In this document: in pieces, positions 46,191-57,891 of the stretch
How the letters are laid out: the number at the start of each line of letters is the position of its first letter
Position numbering within the stretch: the first letter of the stretch is position 1
Source: an uncultured Pseudomonadota bacterium
Lineage (GTDB): Bacteria; Pseudomonadota; Gammaproteobacteria; Burkholderiales; Rhodocyclaceae
Length of the DNA stretch: 64,000 nucleotides
Direction: 5' to 3'
Assembly (NCBI GenBank): GCA_963840825.1
Contig: CAWJAK010000004.1
Coordinates: 59,906-123,905 of the forward strand
Notes under the pieces: generated by a model
The model's input: the letters and a program-made list of their open reading frames with translations, nothing else
Databases searched by the model: none
What the model was told of the DNA's origin: nothing
Position numbers and translations under genes: made by a program

Positions 46191-49100
46191 ATGGCTGATA
46201 CATCTGATTTGGCAGTGCTGGCAGCGAGCGCCTATTACACGCAGCGCAATGACGCAAACAGGATATATGCACCAAGCTCGTGGTCGTTACTTGATCGGAC
46301 TCACGACCAACCCTCCGGTTTCGAAGCCGTTGCCTACCGCAAGGGCGACGAGATCGTGATTGCCTTTGCCGGCACGGATCAATGGAAAGACTGGCTGACC
46401 AATTTCGTACTCTTCGCGTCGCCCTGGGCGGCGGCGCAACTCGAGAAAGCCGCCGCCTTCTATGCCGGCATCCGGCAGCAGTATGGCGAGGGTGTCACCT
46501 ACAGCTTCACCGGTCACAGTCTGGGCGGCGGTCTCGCGGCCCTCATGGGCGTGCTGTTCGACCAGAAGGCGGTCACCTTCGACCAGGCGCCGTTCCGCCT
46601 GAGCGCGAACAATGACGTTCGCACCAGCATCCGCAACTACCTGTCGAGCCAGTCACTCCTCCTGCCGAGTCTCGCCACCGCGCTGGACAGCTTTACCAGC
46701 GATATGGCCGCCAACGGCGAAGGCGCCAGCGTCACGCCGGGCATCCGCGGCGAATGGAAAGTCTCCGACCACAGCGTCGCCGGCGAAGCCCTGACCAGCA
46801 ACCGCCTGGTGCCCACCCTCGCAGCGCATCGGCGGCCTGCGGGAAATCATCCCCCACGCCGGCCTGGCCGCCAGCGCCGACGACCTGCACTCCATTGCGC
46901 TGCTCGCCGCCATGAAAACCGTGCCCGGCTTTGCAAAGGCGGCGGAGACGCTACCCAACCTGATTCCGCTGATCTTCGATTCAAACTTGTACAAGTTTGT
47001 AGCGACAGACTCGAGAACCAACTTCATGGAACTTCTGTTGCGTCGGCAAATCGGCATTGGCGGTCAGCCTGGTGACAAATTCCTTGAAAACTTCACCGCT
47101 GACATGAACCGTCTGGCTGCAACAGGCGGTCGATTTGCCACCGAAGCACCCCTCAACAAAGCCATGATTGCCTTTGGCATCCAAGCCTACTACCTTGGCG
47201 GGGAGGCCTTTGCCGGAGAGTTCTTTGAGTCCGTCGGTGGCGGTCTCAAGATCGACATCGACAAAGTGGCCGCTGGTCTGGGTGAGAACAAGGGCTATCA
47301 ACAATACTTCCAGTCGTGGTTCTGGCCGCAAGTGGGTGGCAGCGACGCCCTGCTTGCCTACGGCACCCAGCTTGCCAATGCCGACGACTGGTATATCGGC
47401 GGCGAGCGGCTGATCGCAGACGCGACGGCAAGCAGTCGGCGTGCCTTCATGCTCGGCGCCGGTGACACCGACAGCCTCACCGGCAGCAGCCAGACCGACC
47501 TGCTGGTCGGCTTAGGCGGCAACGACATCCTCGCCGGCGGCGGCTGGTGCCGACACCTTGATCGGTGGCACCGGCGCCGACTATATGCTGGGCGGCGCGG
47601 GCAACGACACCTACGTAGTGACGAACGGCGACATCCTCATCGATGCGGCGGACGACGGCCACGGCGGCGACGGGCAAGGGCAGATCGACTGGGGCGGGCT
47701 CAACCCGGCGGGCAGCTACGCCCAGAAGCAAGACAGCGTCACGGAATGGGGCGACACCGACTGGACATTCGAATTCGTCGGCGAGCGGGAGACCGGCGGG
47801 CTGCTGACCATCGTCAAGGGCGGCGAGCGGATCACCGTGGCGGGGTTCAAGAGCGGCATGTACGGCATCGTGCTGAACGCGCCGGTGGAAGCGGCAGCGC
47901 TGCCGCCGAACACGGCGGCGCCGGGCAACATGACCACGCCCTACAACATCGACAACGCGCACCCGTTCTACAACCTGCGCGACGCGGCGCGCATGGAAAT
48001 CACCGTCGCCGGGGCCGACGCCGAAGCCTGGGGCAACGGCAAGCTGGTCGGCGATGACAACGCCAGCTACCTGCACGACGGCGACCTGGATGGCGACGAC
48101 GAACTGATCGGCAACGGCGGGAAGGACGCACTGGTCGCCGGCAAAGGTAACGACAAACTCGACGGCGGCACGGAAGACGATGCCCTGGCGGGCGGCGATG
48201 GCGACGACCGGCTGGTCGGCGGGGACGGCATGGACTTTCTGGCCGGTGGTGCCGGCCGCGACGTATTGCTGGGCGGCATTGGCAATGACGTCCTCCTGGG
48301 GGGTAGCAGTTGGCGCGTGGATCGCCACGGCTGGTCCTTCAGTGGTTCTCAAACCAGTGGCTTTAATTTGCACCAGTTCGTTGGTGTCCGCGACGTGGCG
48401 GGTGACGGGGCGGACTATCTGGATGGCGGGGTGGGCAACGACCATATCGAAGGCGGTGAAGGAAATGACCAGCTGATCGGCGGTACGGGCGACGACACGC
48501 TGATGGGCGGCATCGGCAACGACATAATCGATGGCGGTGCCGACTCCGACTGGTTGTACGGTGATGGCTGGCGCGACAACTTCCCCGATTACTACTGGCT
48601 GGCGGAATACCACGGTGACGATCTGCTGCAAGGCGGGAGCGGCAACGATCATCTGTGGGGCGATGGCGGTTCGGACGTGCTGTATGGCGGTAACGACAAC
48701 GATGAGCTGATTGGCGACAGTAATGACCTGCCCGTGCAATACCATGGCCGGGATGTCCTGTATGGCGAAAGCGGCAACGACAAGCTCTGGGGGTATGGCA
48801 ACGACGACATGCTCGATGGCGGCATCGGGGATGACATTCTTCAGGGCGGTGAAGGCAACGACACCCTGATCGGCGGCACCGGCTTCGATCAAATGCGAGG
48901 CGATGCGGGCAACGATGTCCTGATCGGTGGCACGGAAGAAGATGCCTTAAACGGCGGGATGGGCAATGACACGTTTATTTTGTCCTCGGGCGATGGCGCG
49001 CTGGGGCCCGGCAACCGCGCCGATACCATCGAAGATGAAGGCGGCGACGATACGGTGGTCATCGGAGCCGGATTGACGGATTTATGGCTACAGACGGACG

Positions 49101-52100
49101 ACATGACGTTGATGATCCAGTATGGGCCGAGCGATTATGTCGGGATCAAGAACGCTGGAGTACCCGTCGAGCATTACGTGATTGGCGGCGAGACGCTTAC
49201 CTACGCTCAACTGATCAGTCGCCATTCATCCGACGTCATCGTCTCGGCCGATCTACAAGGCAATCAGAACATCATGGGTGGTTACAACAACGACTCATTG
49301 TCCGCGGTTAGTGCAGGAGGTAACACCGTCGTCTCAGGCGGACGTGGCAACGACGCCATTTACGGCTATGGCGGCGGCATTACGTATCTTTTCAGTACAG
49401 GCGATGGACATGACGACATCAGTTACAACACCGCAACGAACAAACTCAATACGCTCCAATTCGAGGGCGGCATATTGCCCGGCGATATAACTGCCGCTCG
49501 TTACGGTAGCGACTTGCTGTTTTCCATCACCGGCTCCACTGACGCCGTGATGATTCGTCAGTTCTTCGGTGACAACAGCTCAGCCAATAGCTTCAGTCCC
49601 GTGCAGCAGGTCAAGTTTGCCGACGGCACCCTATGGAATTTTGCCGCCATTCTGGACAAGGTTCCCGCAGGGACTCCGGCTCCCTACCATCTGATCGGTA
49701 CGGCAGGCAATGACACGCTGTCTGGTACTACCGGTGTTGACATAATTGAAGGTGGCGCGGGTGACGACACACTTATCGGCAGCAACGGCAACGACCTGCT
49801 GCAGGGCCAGGATGGCAATGACTCTCTGTACGGAGGCAGCGGCGACGATATGCTTGACGGCGGCAGCGGCAACGACTGGTTGAGTGGCCAAGGCGGCAAC
49901 GACATCTACCTGTTTGGCAAGGGCGATGGACAGGACACGATTTACCCTGCCGACGCTTACGAGTCCAACGTTTTGCAATTCAAGGCAGGCGTGGTGCCAA
50001 CCGAAATCGTGGCCACCCGTTTGTGGTCGAGCCTGGTGCTCTCCATTGCGGGCACGACGGACAAGGTTACTTTGCAGTTCTTCTTCCTTGACGACGATCC
50101 GGCCAATTACCGGAATCCGATTCAGCAGGTGAAGTTTGCCGACGGCACGACGTGGGACGTAGCGGCTCTGACTGCCATGACATTGGCGGGTACGGCTGGT
50201 GATGACTGGATCAGCGGTACGCGCTACGCTGACATTATTAACGGCCAGGCGGGTAACGACACGCTGGTCGGCAGCGGCGGCGACGACGTGCTGGATGGCG
50301 GGGCGGGGTTCGACGAAATGTATGGTGGAGATGGAAACGATACTTTTCTGTTTGGCAAAGGTGATGGTCAGGACATCATCCATAGGGAAGAAGACACGAC
50401 AACCCAACTCAACGTTCTTCAATTCAAGGCAGGCGTGGCGCCGTCGGAGATTGTGGTCACGCGTTCATACACGGACTTGGTGCTGTCGATCGCGGGTACG
50501 CAGGATCGGGTAATTATTGAATACTTCTGTGCCTACGACGATCCGGCCAACGCGAATAATCCGCTCCAGCAGGTGAAGTTTGCCGACGGCACGACTTGGG
50601 ACATAGCGGCCCTGACCGCCAAGGTATTGGCGGGCACGGCCAGTAACGATGTTATCACTGGCACACTCAATGCTGATCTCATCACTGGCCAAGCGGGTGA
50701 CGACGAACTGTATGGGCGTGATGGTAACGATACCTTGGTGGGCGGGGATGGCAACGACTTGCTTGACGGTGAGAACGGTGACGATGTATTGGATGGTGGG
50801 GCTGGCAACGATTATCTCGTCGGTCGTTTGGGAAATGATACCTATCTGTTTGGCAAGGGCGATGGCCAAGACACCATCGATGACAATGACTACGTCACGG
50901 CGGCGGCAGATAAGTTTGACGTACTGCAATTCAAGGCGGGTGTAACGCCGGCGGAGATCGTGGCGCTGCGTTCGTCGAATGGGTTCCTAGAACTGTCCAT
51001 TGCAGGTACTAGCGACAAGGTAATGTTGGGAATTTTCATCGACTCCTATGATCCAGCCAACGTAGGGAACTCGATTCAACAGGTGAAGTTCAGTGACGGT
51101 ACCAGTTGGGACATTGCCACGATCTTGGCACAGATACAGAGCAACAGAGCACCTGTGTTGTCCATCGCCTTGCCGGATCAGACCGCGGCGCAGGGAGGTG
51201 CTTTTAGCTATACCGTTGCCGCTGGCGCATTTACCGACCCTGACGCAGGCGATACGCTTACCTATAGCGCCTCGTTGGCGAATGGCAGTGCGCTGCCATC
51301 GTGGCTGAGTTTCAATGCCACAACCCACTCTTTCAGTGGTACGCCGATCACCCTTGGCACGACTAGTGTACGCGTGACTGCGAAGGATGCAGGTGACCTG
51401 GCGGTGTCGGACGTATTCGATATTACTGTCAGCGTGCAGGATTTGATCCTCAACGGTACATCGGGAGTGGATACTCTGAATGGTTATGCTGGCAACGATA
51501 CGTTAAATGGCCTTGGTGGAAACGACACTTTGAATGGCAACGCCGGCAATGACTTGCTGAACGGGGGTACCGGCAGCGACAAGCTCTATGGTGGTACCGG
51601 CAACGACACTTATGTGGTGGATAACACAGGCGATACCATCACCGAGAACGCCGGTGAGGGCACAGACCTGGTTCAATCGAGTATCACCTACACCCTGGGT
51701 GCCAATGTCGAAAACCTGACCCTGACCGGAACCACAGCCATCAATGGCACCGGCAACACGCTGAACAATGTGCTTACCGGCAACAGTGCGATCAATACGC
51801 TTACCGGTGGCGCGGGCAACGACATACTGGACGGCGGTGTCGGAGCGGACAAGCTCCTGGGTGGTGCCGGCAACGACACCTACGTGGTGGATAACACCGG
51901 CGATACCATCACCGAGAATGCCAGCGAGGGGACTGATCTGGTTCAGTCGGCGGTGACCTTCACGCTGGGCAGCAATATCGAGAATCTCACGCTGACTGGC
52001 ACCGCCGCGATCAACGGCACGGGCAATACCCTGAATAACGTGCTTACCGGAAATAGTGCGAACAACGTTCTCTCCGGCGGCGCGGGGGCCGACACCATGA

Positions 52101-53033
52101 TCGGTGGCCTGGGCAACGACACCTATGTGGTCGATAACACCGGCGATGTCGTGACCGAGAACGCGAGCGAAGGCATCGACCTGGTGCAATCCTCGGTGAC
52201 CTACACGCTGGGTGCCAACGTCGAGAACCTGACCCTGACCGGTACCACGGCCATCAACGGTACCGGCAACGCGCTGGACAACATCCTGACCGGCAACAGC
52301 GCCAACAACACGCTCACCGGCAACGCCGGCAATGACACGCTCGACGGCGGCAGTGGCAGCGACACGATGGTCGGCGGTGCAGGCAACGATACCTACTGTC
52401 GTCAACGCGACCGGCGACGTTGTGACCGAGAACGCCAACGAAGGCACCGATCTCGTCCAGTCGAGCATCACCTACACGCTGGGTAACAACGTCGAGAACC
52501 TGACCCTGACCGGCACCACGGCCATCAACGGTACCGGCAACACGCTGAACAACGTGCTCACCGGCAATAGCGCCGCCAACACCCTGACCGGCAACGCGGG
52601 CAACGACACCCTCGATGGTGGGACGGGCATGGATAGCCTGATCGGAGGCACCGGCAACGACACCTACCTCCTCGGCCGCGGCTACGGCGCCGACACCGTC
52701 ACGGAAAACGACAGCACGGCGGGCAACACCGACATCGCCAGCTTCCTGTCTGGCGTCGCCACCGACCAGATCTGGTTCCGCCATGTCGGCAACAACCTGG
52801 AAGCCAGCATCATCGGCACCTCGGACAAGCTGACCATCAGCAACTGGTACTCGGGCAGCGCCTACCACGTCGAGCAGTTCAAGACGGCGGACAACCATAC
52901 CCTGCTCGACACCAAGGTCGAAGCGCTGGTGCAGGCCATGGCGGCCTTCGCGCCGCCGGCAGCCGGTCAGACCACCTTGCCGTCCAACTACCAGACCGCA
53001 CTGGCTCCCGTTATCGCCGCCAACTGGCAGTAA
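46191..53033 (+). CDS. Large RTX calcium-binding T1SS substrate with N-terminal lipase domain (frameshifts near 46821, 47545, 52397)
   Basis: IAFAGTD, GHSLGG nucleophile elbow, LHS; many GGxGxD nonapeptides; QQVKFADGT-like modules; Ig/cadherin-like domain; no signal peptide; followed by hlyBD. Confidence 0.9.
51602..52655 (+). repeat. Four tandem coding repeats inside RTX gene
   Basis: Units start at 51602, 51872, 52115, 52385 (270/243/270/271 bp); YVVDNTGD..TENA.EG.DLVQS..TYTLG.NVENLTLTG. Confidence 0.9.
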
Positions 53034-53039
53034 GACGGA

Positions 53040-55198
53040 ATGGAAGCTGTCGGCACCGCCGACCGTGAAGACGGGGCGGGCTTGGAGCGTGAGCCTGCCC
53101 CCGATTCCGGCCTGCTCGGTCTGGCCATGCTGGCCCGTTTCCACGGGCTGGCGGCCGACCCGGCGCAACTCGCCCACCAGTTCAAGGCGCCGGGCGAATC
53201 CTTCGGCACGGCGCAGATACTCCTGGCCGCCAAGGCGCTGGGCCTGAAGGCCAAACGCGTCCATACCGAAATCGCCCGTCTTGATCGCACGCCGCTGCCG
53301 GCACTCGCCGCCAGTCATGACGGCCGCTTCTTCATCCTGGCCCGGCTCGACGGCGAACAGGTGCTGATCCAGGACCCCGGCAGTCCCCGCCCCGCAGGTC
53401 CTGACGCTTGAAGCAATTCGGCGAGCGCTGGAACGGCGAACTGATCCTGTTCACCAGTCGGGCCTCGTTCGCCGGGGAACTGGCGAAGTTCGACTTCAGC
53501 TGGTTCATCCCCGCCGTCGTCAAATACCGCAAGCTGCTGGGCGAAGTGCTGGCGGTCTCCTTCGCCCTGCAACTCTTCGCGCTGGTGACGCCGCTGTTCT
53601 TCCAGGTCGTGATGGACAAGGTGCTCGTTCATCGCGGCTTCACCACGCTGGACGTCATCGCCTTCGGCTTCCTGGTGGTGGTGATCTTCGAGACCGTGCT
53701 CTCCGGCCTGCGAAGCTACGTCTTCGCCCACACCACCAGCCGCATCGATGTCGAACTCGGCGCGCGGCTGTTCCGCCACCTGCTGGCCCTGCCGCTGGCC
53801 TACTTCCAGGCCCGGCGGGTCGGCGACACGGTGGCCCGGGTGCGCGAACTGGAGAACATCCGCCAGTTCCTCACCGGCAACGCCATCACCCTGGTGCTCG
53901 ATCTGTGCTTCTCGGTGGTGTTCATCGGGGTGATGCTCTTCTACAGCGGCTGGCTGACCCTGATCGTCGTCCTGTCGCTGCCGGCCTACGGCCTGATGTC
54001 GTTGCTCATCACGCCGCTCTTGCGCGCGCGCCTGCACGAGAAGTTCAATCGCGGTGCCGAGAACCAGGCCTTCCTGGTCGAGACCATCAACGGCATCGAC
54101 ACCCTCAAGGCGATGGCGGTCGAACCGCAGATGACCCGCCGTTGGGACAACCAGCTGGCGGCCTATGTCGCCGCCGGCTTTCGTACCGCCACCCTGGGCA
54201 CCATCGCCCACGAAGGCGTGAATCTGATCGGCAAGCTGGTCACGGTCGCCACGCTCTGGCTCGGCGCCCGGCTGGTCATCGACGGCCAATTGACGGTCGG
54301 CCAGCTGATCGCCTTCAACATGCTGGCCGGCCGGGTGGCCCAGCCGGTGATGCGCCTGGCGCAACTCTGGACCGACTTCCAGCAGACCGGCATTTCGGTG
54401 CAGCGCCTGGGCGACATCCTCAACAGCCGCACCGAACTCGCCCGGGCCGGCACCTTGCCGGCACTGGTGGGTCGCATCGAACTCGACCAGGTGGTGTTCC
54501 GCTACCGGCCCGACGCCCCGGAGGTGCTGCGCGGCATCGACCTGACGATCCAGCCCGGCGAGGTCATCGGCATCGTCGGCCGTTCCGGTTCGGGCAAGAG
54601 CACGCTGGCCAAGCTGGTGCAGCGGCTCTATCTGCCCGAGAGCGGCCGGGTGCTGGTCGACGGCATGGATCTGGCGGTGGCCGATACCAGTTCCCTGCGC
54701 CGCCAGATCGGCGTCGTCCTGCAGGAGAACATGCTCTTCAACCGCAGCATCCGCGAGAACATCGCCCTGTCCGATCCCGGCCTGCCGCTGGATGCCGTGA
54801 TCGTCGCGGCCAAGCTGGCCGGCGCCCACGAATTCATCCTCGAACTGCCGGAAGGCTACGACACCGTGGTCGGCGAGCATGGCTCCTCGCTCTCCGGCGG
54901 CCAGCGCCAGCGTATCGCCATCGCCCGGGCGCTGATCACCAACCCGCGCATCCTGATCTTCGACGAAGCGACCAGCGCCCTCGACTACGAGTCCGAACGC
55001 ATCATCCAGAACAACATGAAGGCGATCTGCCAGGGGCGCACGGTGATCATCATCGCCCATCGCCTCTCGGCCGTGCGCGGCGCCGACCGCATCATCGTGA
55101 TCGACCGCGGGCAGATCGTCGAGCAGGGGACGCATGCCGAACTGCTGGCCCATGAGGCGGGACACTATGCGCGGCTGCATCGGCTGCAGATGGGATAA
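53040..55198 (+). CDS. hlyB: Type I secretion ABC permease/ATPase (frameshift near 53390-53415)
   Basis: C39-like N-terminus, [44 protein letters not shown]. Confidence 0.92.
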
Positions 55199-55202
55199 AT
55201 CC

Positions 55203-56627
55203 ATGAGTTCTCTGCGTCTGCAAGCCTTTGCCGAACTTCTCGAACGCTACGGGGCGGTCTTCCGCCACGCCTGGCACGAGCGTAAGCAATTCGACACCCA
55301 GCCGCGCCTCGCCCATGAAGCCCAGTTCCTGCCGGCCGCGCTCGAACTGCAGGAAACGCCGGTCTCGCCGGCGCCGCGCGTCGCCATGTGGCTGCTGATC
55401 GCCTTCGCCATCATTGCCTTGCTGTGGGCGGTGTTCGGTCACATGGACGTGGTGGCCACTGCCCATGGCCGGATCGTGCCGAGCGACCGCACCAAGGTGA
55501 TCCAGCCGTTCGACACCGCCACCGTCAAGGCCATCCACGTCATCGACGGGCAGACGGTGAAGGCCGGGGAAGTGTTGATCGAGCTTGATGCGACCAGTAC
55601 CGCCGCCGATACGACGCGGATCGCCAACGATCTGCTGACCGCCCGCCTGCAGGCGGCGCGGGCCCGGGCGATGCTTAACGCACTGGCCTCCGGTCGTCTG
55701 CCTTTCCTGGGACGCTTGTCCGACGTCCCAGCCGACCGGCTGGCCCAGGAGCAGCGCATTCTTGACGGACAATACGGCGAGTACCAGGCCAAGCTCGCGC
55801 GTATCGACGCCGACATTGCAAAACGGGAGGCGGAACTCGCCTCGACCCGGGAGATCGTGACAAAGCTGGAGCTGACCGTGCCCATCGCGCGCCGGCGTGC
55901 CCAGGACTTCAAAAATCTGGTCGGACAGAACTTCATCTCCGAGCACGGCTATCTGGAGAAGGAACAGTTACGCATCGAACAGGAAGCGGACCTGGCTACC
56001 CAGAGGAGCCGCCTCAAGGAACTGGCGGCGGCCTTGCAGGAAGGTCGGGGCCAGCGTACCTCCCTGCTAGCCGAAACGAAGCGCCTCGCCCTCGATAGCC
56101 TCAACGAGGCCGAGCAGAAGGTGACGAGCTACGGCCAGGAACTGATCAAGGCGGAATCGCGCGGCAAACTGATGACGCTCACCGCCCCGGTGGATGGCAC
56201 GGTGCAGCAACTGGCCGTGCATACGGTCGGCGGGGTCGTCACCGAGGCCCAGCAGCTGATGATGGTGGTGCCGACGGACAACCCGATCGAGATCGAGGCC
56301 TTCGTCGAGAACAAGGACATCGGCTTCGTCAATCCGGGCCAGGATGCGGTGGTGAAGATCGAGACCTTTCCCTTCACCAAATACGGCACGATCGACGCCA
56401 GGGTGGTCAGCGTGTCCAGCGATGCTGTCAACGACGAGAAACGCGGCCTGATCTTCCCGGCACGGGTGGTGCCGGCACGCACGACGCTCCAGGTGGAGAA
56501 CAAGACGGTGAATCTCACGCCCGGCATGGCGGTGACCGTCGAGGTCAAGACCGCCCAGCGCCGGGTGATCGAGTATTTCCTCTCGCCGTTGCTTCAGTAC
56601 AAGGACGAGAGTTTGCGGGAACGGTAG
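55203..56627 (+). CDS. hlyD: Type I secretion membrane fusion protein
   Basis: FLPAALELQETPVSP, APVDGTVQQLAVHT.GGVVT, EYFLSPL, ESLRER. Confidence 0.93.
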   Translation: MSSLRLQAFAELLERYGAVFRHAWHERKQFDTQPRLAHEAQFLPAALELQETPVSPAPRVAMWLLIAFAIIALLWAVFGHMDVVATAHGRIVPSDRTKVIQPFDTATVKAIHVIDGQTVKAGEVLIELDATSTAADTTRIANDLLTARLQAARARAMLNALASGRLPFLGRLSDVPADRLAQEQRILDGQYGEYQAKLARIDADIAKREAELASTREIVTKLELTVPIARRRAQDFKNLVGQNFISEHGYLEKEQLRIEQEADLATQRSRLKELAAALQEGRGQRTSLLAETKRLALDSLNEAEQKVTSYGQELIKAESRGKLMTLTAPVDGTVQQLAVHTVGGVVTEAQQLMMVVPTDNPIEIEAFVENKDIGFVNPGQDAVVKIETFPFTKYGTIDARVVSVSSDAVNDEKRGLIFPARVVPARTTLQVENKTVNLTPGMAVTVEVKTAQRRVIEYFLSPLLQYKDESLRER

Positions 56628-56704
56628 GTTCTGAGTCTCAGCAGCGCGGCGAGTGAATAATAGGAGGGGACGTACCACGATTACCGGCGCGGACTGGGTG
56701 GCTG

Positions 56705-56728
56705 AAACTCGGTGCTGGCGGGACGGCG
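56705..56728 (-). repeat. Dispersed 24-bp motif, copy 13
   Basis: (TG)AAACTCGGTGCTGGCGGGACGGCG downstream of hlyD. Confidence 0.82.
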
Positions 56729-56792
56729 CACAACGCAACATGGAGGTGGCGTGACGCAGGAAAGTCGTAGGGCAGGGCCCGGTTGCCAGAAA

Positions 56793-56835
56793 TCACCGTA
56801 TGTGGCATAGTGTGGCAAATTGCTACATACGGTGA
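56793..56835. promoter_or_regulatory. Putative autoregulatory operator of the ParD-like operon
   Basis: TCACCGTATGTGGCA-N13-TGCTACATACGGTGA (14/15 inverted repeat); TGTGGCA-type heptamers at 10-bp spacing; TTGCCA-N17-CATAGT promoter-like element overlaps. Confidence 0.65.
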
Positions 56836-56840
56836 CTATC

Positions 56841-57158
56841 ATGAAATCCATCCGAATTTCCGACCGTCTTTACGAACTATCGAGCGAAGCCAAGGACTTG
56901 GCCCACCGGTCGTTGGCCCAGCAAGTCGAGTACTGGAGCGAGATCGGGCGGCTGGTCGAGCAACTGGGCATCAGCAAGGCGGACCTGGTGGCGGCCACCG
57001 GCGGGGCGAACCTGCTGGCCGCAGAGGAAAGGGTGCGCCGCGAAGCGGCTTTTGCCGCCATCAACGCCGGCAGGATGGCCGCCGACGCGCCGCTCATGTT
57101 CAAGCGGGAATTGATCGACGCGGCCCGGTTCGATGTCGAAAGCGTCAGCCTTGCCTGA
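56841..57158 (+). CDS. ParD-like ribbon-helix-helix antitoxin
   Basis: MKSIRISDRLY...HRSLAQQVEYWSEIGRLVE matches the ParD_like RS...Q.E.W..IGR..E pattern. Confidence 0.75.
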   Translation: MKSIRISDRLYELSSEAKDLAHRSLAQQVEYWSEIGRLVEQLGISKADLVAATGGANLLAAEERVRREAAFAAINAGRMAADAPLMFKRELIDAARFDVESVSLA

Positions 57159-57891
57159 AATACCCTTCACGCCCGAGGATGTCAGGCAACTGTGCGAGCA
57201 GTTGCGGTCGGGCACCGTGGTCGTCGGCGGTCAGGCACTGGCATTCTGGGTGGCCGCCTACGGTATCCAGGTCGAGCAGGCCGCCATTTCCATGGACGCG
57301 GACGTACTGGGCAGGCGGGAGGATGTAGGAATCATCGCGGCGGGAATGCACGGACTGCCCAAGTACCAGTTACGCAGCGCAATTTCCGCACTGGTTGGAA
57401 ACATCCGGGTCGGGCGTGGCCAGGGCGACTTCATCAGCATCGATGTCGTGGATGGCGTCTTCGGCTTGCAAACCGGGACAGTCGCACGCCGTGGCATCGA
57501 GGTCTCTTTCGGTGAATTCGCCGTCCGGATCATGCATCCGCTCGATGTGCTGGAGAGCCGGGCCGCCAACTATGCCGGGCTGCCTGAAAAACAGACCCCG
57601 GAAGGGCTCAGGCAGTTGCAACTGGCGCTGGCGGTGGCCGGGAAATTCCTCGAACAGGCACGTCAGGAAGACACGCTGATCGAGGCAGCCGAGATCATCG
57701 CCCGAATCCACACGGTCTATTCCGGCAAGGCGGCCATCCGGAATGCCGGCATCGATTTGCGCGTGCCGCTCGATGTGCTCAGGAACTGCGGCTTTACCTC
57801 GGAGCGCGGCAAAAAATTCGCCGCAATCCGGCTGCCGCAACTCCTGGAAGATGGCCGGACCGGGGAAACGTCAGCTTCCAAACCCAAGTAG
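57133..57891 (+). CDS. Hypothetical nucleotidyltransferase-fold protein (putative toxin)
   Basis: VVVGGQALAFW...SMDADV...IDV, resembling the GG/DxD/D NTase motifs; overlaps antitoxin gene. Confidence 0.62.
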   Translation: MSKASALPEIPFTPEDVRQLCEQLRSGTVVVGGQALAFWVAAYGIQVEQAAISMDADVLGRREDVGIIAAGMHGLPKYQLRSAISALVGNIRVGRGQGDFISIDVVDGVFGLQTGTVARRGIEVSFGEFAVRIMHPLDVLESRAANYAGLPEKQTPEGLRQLQLALAVAGKFLEQARQEDTLIEAAEIIARIHTVYSGKAAIRNAGIDLRVPLDVLRNCGFTSERGKKFAAIRLPQLLEDGRTGETSASKPK

